A stretch of DNA of 56,357 nt from Candidatus Nomurabacteria bacterium GW2011_GWA2_40_9. GTDB taxonomy: Bacteria > Patescibacteriota > Minisyncoccia > Phycocordibacterales > UBA9973. A model generated the notes under the pieces. That model saw only the letters and a program-made list of their open reading frames with translations. It did not search any database and was not told the origin of the DNA. The stretch spans positions 1-56,357 of the forward strand of contig LBZW01000006.1 in the NCBI GenBank assembly GCA_000993955.1, read 5' to 3'. Positions 50,630 through 56,357 of this stretch are shown here, in pieces. The first letter of the stretch is position 1. Every line of letters starts with the position of its first letter. The translations under genes and the position numbers were made by a program.

Positions 50630-51721
50630 TTAAGAATATGTCAAGATTAAATCATTCTTTAAAATGTCTGTCAATTGAGCTAAATTTTGAAGATTTATCT
50701 GTACTAACTGCTTTCCCAGCAATCTAATTTCTGGAAAATCATCTAGTTGATCTAAAACAGTTTGAGATAATGTGGGCCAAACCATAACATCATATTTTTT
50801 CTGTAGATTTTTTAAAAGTGTATCCCGATTATGGAAAACTAAAAAAGAAAAATTAAAGGGAACTATACCTTGAGGTAAATTTGGCCATAAAATTTTTATA
50901 CCCCTTATATTACTTAATTCTTGTACTAAAAAAAGATACTGCTCTCGCTTCTGAGTAGCTATTTTTTGATAATCTTCTGCATCATATAAACTTAATTGAT
51001 ATTGCGCTAGCTTAGACATGGGGCGAAGATAGTCTTGAGAAAAATCATTGCCAATACAATCGCGAGAAGGCCAAAGAGGAACCTCTTTATCTCCATCAGA
51101 ATAGAGAGGCGGAGGAACCATTGTTTTAAATAGAGAAGGGATGTTTTTAATCCCTATTTTTGTTTTTAGAAATCTCAACATTGAAGATAGTTCTGTCATA
51201 TAAAACCACTGCGGTTTCTTTTGTTTAAAAGTCATCAAGTACTCTGGATTATTAATACGCACCATCCCCCCATCAATGATAGGAAGATTTTTTCTTAAGG
51301 AAAATATAGATATATCTCCAAAAGTTCCAAATTGCTTCCCTTGGTACGTTGAAAATAAAGAATACGCATTATCTTCTAATATAGGAATTCCCGTTGTCTT
51401 CCTTAACGAAAGTAATTCTTCCCAAGGCTGAGGGAAACCAAAATGATTAATAATATGAAGTAGTCTTGTTTTGGGTGTTATTCGTTTCTTTAGATCCTCT
51501 ATGTCCACTTCAAAAGTATATGGATTAGATCTAAAAAACTTTAAATTAAGCCCTAATACCCGAAACGGTTGTAAGGAGCCGTCACAATCAAAGGCAGGGG
51601 TTAAAACTTCATCGCCAGGTTCAAGTTTAAACGCTTGGACTGCTGCATAGATGGCATTTCTACCTAACGCAAAAAATGTACACTTTTGTGGATCATAAAT
51701 AGGCAAATGGCAAAGTGACAT
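50630..51721 (-). CDS. DegT/DnrJ-like PLP-dependent aminotransferase (divergent)
   Basis: GRNA, HFGFPQ, LEDNAYS, FSLRKNLP..DGG. Confidence 0.8.
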   Translation of the reverse strand: MSLCHLPIYDPQKCTFFALGRNAIYAAVQAFKLEPGDEVLTPAFDCDGSLQPFRVLGLNLKFFRSNPYTFEVDIEDLKKRITPKTRLLHIINHFGFPQPWEELLSLRKTTGIPILEDNAYSLFSTYQGKQFGTFGDISIFSLRKNLPIIDGGMVRINNPEYLMTFKQKKPQWFYMTELSSMLRFLKTKIGIKNIPSLFKTMVPPPLYSDGDKEVPLWPSRDCIGNDFSQDYLRPMSKLAQYQLSLYDAEDYQKIATQKREQYLFLVQELSNIRGIKILWPNLPQGIVPFNFSFLVFHNRDTLLKNLQKKYDVMVWPTLSQTVLDQLDDFPEIRLLGKQLVQINLQNLAQLTDILKNDLILTYS

Positions 51722-51723
51722 GA

Positions 51724-53028
51724 TTAAATTTTGATGATCTTATCTTTATGGCTTTTAACCCATCGAGTGGCGTTTCTGCAATCTACAACTACAGAGGAAA
51801 ATTCAACCACTTTTTCGTAATCAAAATAAGAATGGTCTGTCACAATAGCTATACAATCGTATTGGCTAAAGGTGGAATAATCTAAAGTAATAGATTTCAA
51901 TTCAACATGTTCATGATGTAGAAACGGACAATATTTGTCTTCATAAGACACCTGTGCTCCTTTTTGTCTCAATAATTCAATAATATCTAAAGCAGGTGAT
52001 TCTCTGACATCTCCCACATCTTTTTTATAAGCAATTCCTAAAACCAAAACTTTAGACCCATTGAGGGCCTTTTTAAATTTATTAAGAGCAAAAGCAATTT
52101 TATCCACCACAAGTTCTGGCATTTTAGAATTAATTTCTTGGGCTAGATCAATAAATTTTGGATTATAATTTAATTCTCGAAGCTTCCAGGACAGATAATG
52201 AGGGTCTACAGGAATACAATGCCCCCCTAACCCTGGACCTGGATAAAAGGGCAAAAATCCAAAAGGCTTTGAGGCTGCTGCATCAATAATTTCCCACACA
52301 TCTAAATTGAGTTTATCTGCCATTAAGGCAATTTCATTGACCAAACCAATATTGACCGCTCGAAATGTATTTTCGAGAAGCTTTACCATCTCTGCTGCTT
52401 GAGTAGATGACACAGGAATCACTTTATTAACAATGGTAGAATATAAAGAAACAGCCATTTCTGTACAATTAGATGTTATTCCCCCTACAATTTTAGGAGT
52501 ATTTTTAAGATTAAATTTTAGATTCCCTGGATCAATTCTTTCAGGAGAAAAGGCCAAGAAAAAATCCTTCCCAACTTTAAGTCCAGACTTTTCGAGTTCC
52601 GGCAACACAATCTCTTCTGTTGTTCCTGGATAGGTAGTGCTTTCTAAAACAACTAATTGCCCTTTTTTTAAATATTTTCCTATATTCTCTGCCGCAGAAA
52701 TAATAAAAGAAATATCGGGTTCTTTAGTTTTTCGAAGCGGAGTGGGCACACACACCGAAACCGTATCTACTTCCTTTAAAAGAGAAAAATCGCTGCTGAC
52801 TCTAAAGCGCTTAGTATTTAATGCTTTTAAAAGTTCTTCATTAGAAATATCAGTAACATAAGACTCTGCACGATTTAAACTTTTAACTTTATTTTCATTA
52901 ACATCTAACCCAATAACTTCAAAACCAGATTCCAAAAATTCCAGACACAAAGGCAACCCTACATACCCTAATCCCAAAATAGCAACTTTTGCTTTTCTTT
53001 CTTTTAATTTTTGGTTTAAATCCATCAT
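51724..53028 (-). CDS. UDP-N-acetylhexosamine 6-dehydrogenase (WbpA/TviB-like)
   Basis: GLGYVGLP, CVPTP, LESTTYPG, KLLENTFR, GHCIPVDP, YKKDVGDVRESP. Confidence 0.92.
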   Translation of the reverse strand: MMDLNQKLKERKAKVAILGLGYVGLPLCLEFLESGFEVIGLDVNENKVKSLNRAESYVTDISNEELLKALNTKRFRVSSDFSLLKEVDTVSVCVPTPLRKTKEPDISFIISAAENIGKYLKKGQLVVLESTTYPGTTEEIVLPELEKSGLKVGKDFFLAFSPERIDPGNLKFNLKNTPKIVGGITSNCTEMAVSLYSTIVNKVIPVSSTQAAEMVKLLENTFRAVNIGLVNEIALMADKLNLDVWEIIDAAASKPFGFLPFYPGPGLGGHCIPVDPHYLSWKLRELNYNPKFIDLAQEINSKMPELVVDKIAFALNKFKKALNGSKVLVLGIAYKKDVGDVRESPALDIIELLRQKGAQVSYEDKYCPFLHHEHVELKSITLDYSTFSQYDCIAIVTDHSYFDYEKVVEFSSVVVDCRNATRWVKSHKDKIIKI

Positions 53029-53038
53029 TATTTTTCGA

Positions 53039-53965
53039 TCATAAATTTTGAAACCACGCAAGTGTTCTCTTTAGGCCCTCTTCAAATGAACAGGTAGGCT
53101 TATAACCCAGTTTTTCTTGAATAAGCTCAATAGAGGCCAAAGTATGCTTTACATCTCCTTTTTGAGGAGGTAAAAATATTGGTTTTATATTTTTATTTAA
53201 GAATTTATTTAATAATTCAATGACTTCTAATAAATTATGGTTTTCTCCCTTTCCTACATTAAAGCTTCCCACCACTTCTTGTTTTTCTATCGCTAGAATA
53301 TTAGCCAAAACCACATCATCAATATACGTAAAATCTCTGGATTGTGTTCCATCCCCATAAATAGGTGCCGATTCATTTTTTAAGATACAGGAAATAAACT
53401 TTGGAATCACAGGGCTATATCCGTCTTTTTCAGGCTGCCTGGGGCCAAAAACATTAAAATATCGAAGGCTCACCGTTGGCAAAGCATAATTCTTAGAAAA
53501 AACATAACAATATTCTTCTCCTGCTAATTTAGTTATCCCATAAGGAGAAATGGGCAAAGGCACATCTGTTTCTCTTTTAGGTAAAGAAACACTGTCTCCA
53601 TAAGCAGAACTTGATGAAGCATACACAAATTTTTTAATTTTATTTTTGACCGCTTCTTCTAAAAGAATCAGAGTTCCTTCAATATTAACTTTATTATACT
53701 CTTGAGGGCAGTTAAAAGATTCTGGTACTGTTTTTAATGCTGCTTGATGGAAAACATAATCCACACCATTCATCACTTCTTTAACCAGTGAACAATCTAC
53801 AATATTTCCTTCAATAATTTCGACCTTTTTTTCAACTTGGGCCAAATTACTTTTCTTACCAGAAGAAAAATTATCCAGCACTCGAACGTGAGCACCTTTT
53901 TTTACTAGCGCTTCTACCAGATGAGATCCAATGAATCCGGCTCCCCCAGTCACTAAACACTTCAT
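53039..53965 (-). CDS. UDP-GlcNAc(A) 4-epimerase (WbpP-like)
   Basis: TGGAGFIGSH, HQAA, YGITK, LRYFNVFGPRQ, GDGTQSRDF. Confidence 0.9.
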   Translation of the reverse strand: MKCLVTGGAGFIGSHLVEALVKKGAHVRVLDNFSSGKKSNLAQVEKKVEIIEGNIVDCSLVKEVMNGVDYVFHQAALKTVPESFNCPQEYNKVNIEGTLILLEEAVKNKIKKFVYASSSSAYGDSVSLPKRETDVPLPISPYGITKLAGEEYCYVFSKNYALPTVSLRYFNVFGPRQPEKDGYSPVIPKFISCILKNESAPIYGDGTQSRDFTYIDDVVLANILAIEKQEVVGSFNVGKGENHNLLEVIELLNKFLNKNIKPIFLPPQKGDVKHTLASIELIQEKLGYKPTCSFEEGLKRTLAWFQNL

Positions 53966-55137
53966 GCTCGCTTCCTTTCATTCACCAAATGATTATATAA
54001 TTCATCTATATTAATTAAAAGTTTTTCTTTTCCAAAATTTTCAAAAACAAATTTTTGTCCAGTTTTGCCCATTTTTTGTCTCATATCTGAATGATCGAGT
54101 AAATATATTATTTTTTGCACAAATTCATCTTCATTCTGTAAAGGTATTACATACCCATTCTCACTCAATACAACATCTCTCACCCCTCCCACATCCGAAG
54201 CAATAACCACTTTCCCACATGCCTGAGCTTCAATCAAAGACACCGGAGTTCCCTCATTCAAAGACGTTAAACACACAATATCCAAAACCTCATAAATGGG
54301 CTTTAATTCTTTTTGCCATCCCAAGAGGGAACAATGGGCTAAAAGTTCACCATTGCAAATCTCATCTTGAATTTCTCTATAACACTCCCCATTCCCCACA
54401 ATCACAAAATGCACATCTTGTCTTATCTGAATAAGTTTTTTAGCAATTTTTAGAAATAACCCGTGATTTTTAATGGGAGTAAGTCGCCCCACAATCCCAA
54501 TAAGATATTTATTTAAAGGCAAATTTAATCGTTTCTTTAGTTCTATATTGTCCTGATGAGTCCCAACAAAATGGCTAAGATCAAAGCCTAATGGAATAAC
54601 AAAAACTTTATGTTTAGAAGCTATTTTATACTTATTTACTAAATCTTCTTTTTGACGAGTGCTAATGGCAACAATGCCTGTTGTAAAATATGCTAATATT
54701 TTTTCTACTTGTAAAATTATCCACGTTTTAAAAGGATTAAAGTATCCCTTAAAAACATGGCCGTGAAAGGTGTGAACTCGAATGGGAACTCTTGTTATAA
54801 TAGCTGCTAAACGTCCCAATACTCCTGCTTTTGCGGTATGCGTATGAACAATATCGGGTTTTTCTTGAATTAATAATTTTACAATTTTAACAAAAGCTAT
54901 AAAATCTTTCCAAATCTGCACATTTCTTCCAAGTTCAGGAATAAAAACATGACGATATTTCTTTGATGTCCGCAGTAGGTACGACATATCCCCTTCTTTT
55001 TGATCTACATTACCTGTTACCAAGATCGTCTCGTAAGGAGGAGATAGGTGTTCACTTAAAAGTGTTACCTGAAGAGAAGGCCCTCCAATATTAAGCCTCG
55101 AAAAAATTCGTACGATCTTTATGGGTTTATGTTCCAT
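53962..55137 (-). CDS. GT4 glycosyltransferase
   Basis: RLNIGGP, HTHTAKAG, GRLTPIKN, NEGTPVSLIEA, DVGG. Confidence 0.93.
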   Translation of the reverse strand: MEHKPIKIVRIFSRLNIGGPSLQVTLLSEHLSPPYETILVTGNVDQKEGDMSYLLRTSKKYRHVFIPELGRNVQIWKDFIAFVKIVKLLIQEKPDIVHTHTAKAGVLGRLAAIITRVPIRVHTFHGHVFKGYFNPFKTWIILQVEKILAYFTTGIVAISTRQKEDLVNKYKIASKHKVFVIPLGFDLSHFVGTHQDNIELKKRLNLPLNKYLIGIVGRLTPIKNHGLFLKIAKKLIQIRQDVHFVIVGNGECYREIQDEICNGELLAHCSLLGWQKELKPIYEVLDIVCLTSLNEGTPVSLIEAQACGKVVIASDVGGVRDVVLSENGYVIPLQNEDEFVQKIIYLLDHSDMRQKMGKTGQKFVFENFGKEKLLINIDELYNHLVNERKRA

Positions 55138-55145
55138 TTAAGAAA

Positions 55146-55173
55146 TTGACTTCATTCTTTCAAATAGTATACT
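55146..55173 (+). promoter_or_regulatory. Putative sigma70 promoter for the wecA-like gene
   Basis: TTGACT-N16-TATACT ending 10 nt before ATG 55184. Confidence 0.5.
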
Positions 55174-55183
55174 TTTTAAAAAT

Positions 55184-56176
55184 ATGTTTTATCCCCTAAT
55201 ACTCTACAAAATAACTTTATTATTATTACTTAGTTCTTTTTGTCTATCTTATTTATTAACCCCCATTGCACAAAATCTTGCATTTCGATTTAATGTTTTA
55301 GACACTCCCAATTATCGAAAAATCCATAAAAGCCCCACTCCTTTACTCGGAGGATTGGCCATTTTTTTGGCTTTTTTATTCACTTTAGTTTTCTTTTATC
55401 TCCTCATTTCTTATCAGCTTTTCATTACGGGGCCCGCTTTTTTCTCTTTTGGTGAAGAAAAGCTTTTTTGGCTAAAAATGGCCCTCTACCTTATTTGCTC
55501 TCTCTTTATTATTTTAATTGGCATTCTAGATGATTTTAAAAGCCTTGATTTTAAGTTAAAACTTCTTATTCAAAGTTTGGTGGCGTTCATCATGGTTTTT
55601 AGTGGGTCAAGATTAAATTTTTTCCACCTCTCTTATCTCAATGCTCTTATTTCCTTTTTTTGGATTGTAGGGCTCACTAATTCCTTTAATCTTCTGGACA
55701 ATATGAATGGCCTATCTTCTGGCTTAGCCATTATCATTCTTTCTCTTTTTGCTTTCTTAGCCTATACCACCCATCACGCTCTTTTTGCTCTTTTCTTATT
55801 AATCCCCATTGGAAGTTTACTTGGGTTTTTACCTTACAATTTTCCAAAAGCTCGAATTTTTCTAGGTGACACAGGAAGTCTTTTTATCGGTTTTTCATTG
55901 GCCACTTACTCAACCTGGTTATTTGATCATTTAATTAAATCCAACACTTCTCATTGGGCCGTTTTGATTGGGATGCTTTTTTTACTTTTTATTCCTCTTT
56001 GCGATACCCTTACCGTTATAGCCATTCGAATTAAAAAACATCACCCCATTTACGTTGGTGATACAAATCATCTTTCCCATCAACTAGTCAAAAGAGGACT
56101 TGCCCCCACAAAAGCAGTACTCATTCTCTTTATGGGTTCTTTACTGACAGGAATTTTGGGATTATTGATATTTTAA
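55184..56176 (+). CDS. WecA/TagO-type undecaprenyl-phosphate HexNAc-1-phosphate transferase (MraY family)
   Basis: RKIH..PTPLLGG, GILDD, NSFNLLDNMNGL, IFLGDTGS, D..HLSH. Confidence 0.92.
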   Translation: MFYPLILYKITLLLLLSSFCLSYLLTPIAQNLAFRFNVLDTPNYRKIHKSPTPLLGGLAIFLAFLFTLVFFYLLISYQLFITGPAFFSFGEEKLFWLKMALYLICSLFIILIGILDDFKSLDFKLKLLIQSLVAFIMVFSGSRLNFFHLSYLNALISFFWIVGLTNSFNLLDNMNGLSSGLAIIILSLFAFLAYTTHHALFALFLLIPIGSLLGFLPYNFPKARIFLGDTGSLFIGFSLATYSTWLFDHLIKSNTSHWAVLIGMLFLLFIPLCDTLTVIAIRIKKHHPIYVGDTNHLSHQLVKRGLAPTKAVLILFMGSLLTGILGLLIF

Positions 56177-56184
56177 CTTAAAAA

Positions 56185-56357
56185 ATGAATTCTTCAGAAA
56201 ATATTATTTGTTTTTCCTCTATTGACTGGGATTTTATTTGGCAAGGGCATCAGCAAATCATGCAGACCTTCGCCAACCAAGGCCATAGAGTGCTTTTTAT
56301 AGAAAACACCGGAGTTCGATCCCCTGGGATTAAAGACATTTCCAGAATTAAAAAACG
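56185..56357 (+). CDS. Glycosyltransferase (GT-B, TuaH-like), 3' partial
   Basis: MNSSENIICFSSIDWDFIWQGHQQIMQTFANQGHRVLFIENTG runs off the window end. Confidence 0.7.
   Translation, partial: MNSSENIICFSSIDWDFIWQGHQQIMQTFANQGHRVLFIENTGVRSPGIKDISRIKK

Noticed and set aside
443..54434. Short 60-130 aa ORFs overlapping larger genes (e.g. 3308-3697, 10968-11351, 13084-13383, 41575-41835, 49772-50092)
   Set aside because: Antisense or alternate-frame shadows of well-supported genes with no motifs.
1..56357. CRISPR arrays, tRNA/rRNA, transposases, integrases, prophage or defence genes
   Set aside because: No repeat-spacer periodicity, RNA gene signature or such protein motif was seen; almost all of the sequence is explained by coding regions.

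Overview
AT-rich (about 30% GC by eye), densely packed bacterial DNA. After a short housekeeping flank (partial dapL, a Gfo/Idh/MocA-2-hydroxyacid dehydrogenase fusion, a C1 papain-like peptidase, folK, an LhgO-like oxidase), about 51 kb is a mosaic surface-glycan locus with 10 strand switches across the window. It encodes legionaminic/nonulosonic-acid synthesis (neuB/legI, neuC, legC, neuA, CBS-nucleotidyltransferase, neuD), an ABC flippase, a CDP-sugar module, a GT2/YdjC/GT-C module, seven methyltransferases, several deacetylases, WbpA/WbpP/GT4 and a WecA-like initiator. The strongest candidate for a new system is the operon at 14.6-23 kb. It holds the four core Campylobacter-type phosphoramidate enzymes (Cj1418, Cj1417, Cj1416 and Cj1415 homologues) plus a methyltransferase. 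The glutamine kinase is fused to an extra nucleotidyltransferase-like domain, no Cj1421/22-type transferase is recognisable, and a formyltransferase and a sulfotransferase-fold protein follow instead. The sulfotransferase-fold protein may transfer phosphoramidate from a PAPS-like 3'-phospho-CDP-amidate donor (inference). Other signals: at least six genes with single clean internal deletions (an assembly artefact or a deletion process), G10 and G8 tracts in methyltransferases, a 122-bp cruciform MITE-like element and a probable ATT start codon. All family calls come from motif recognition only; no searches were run.
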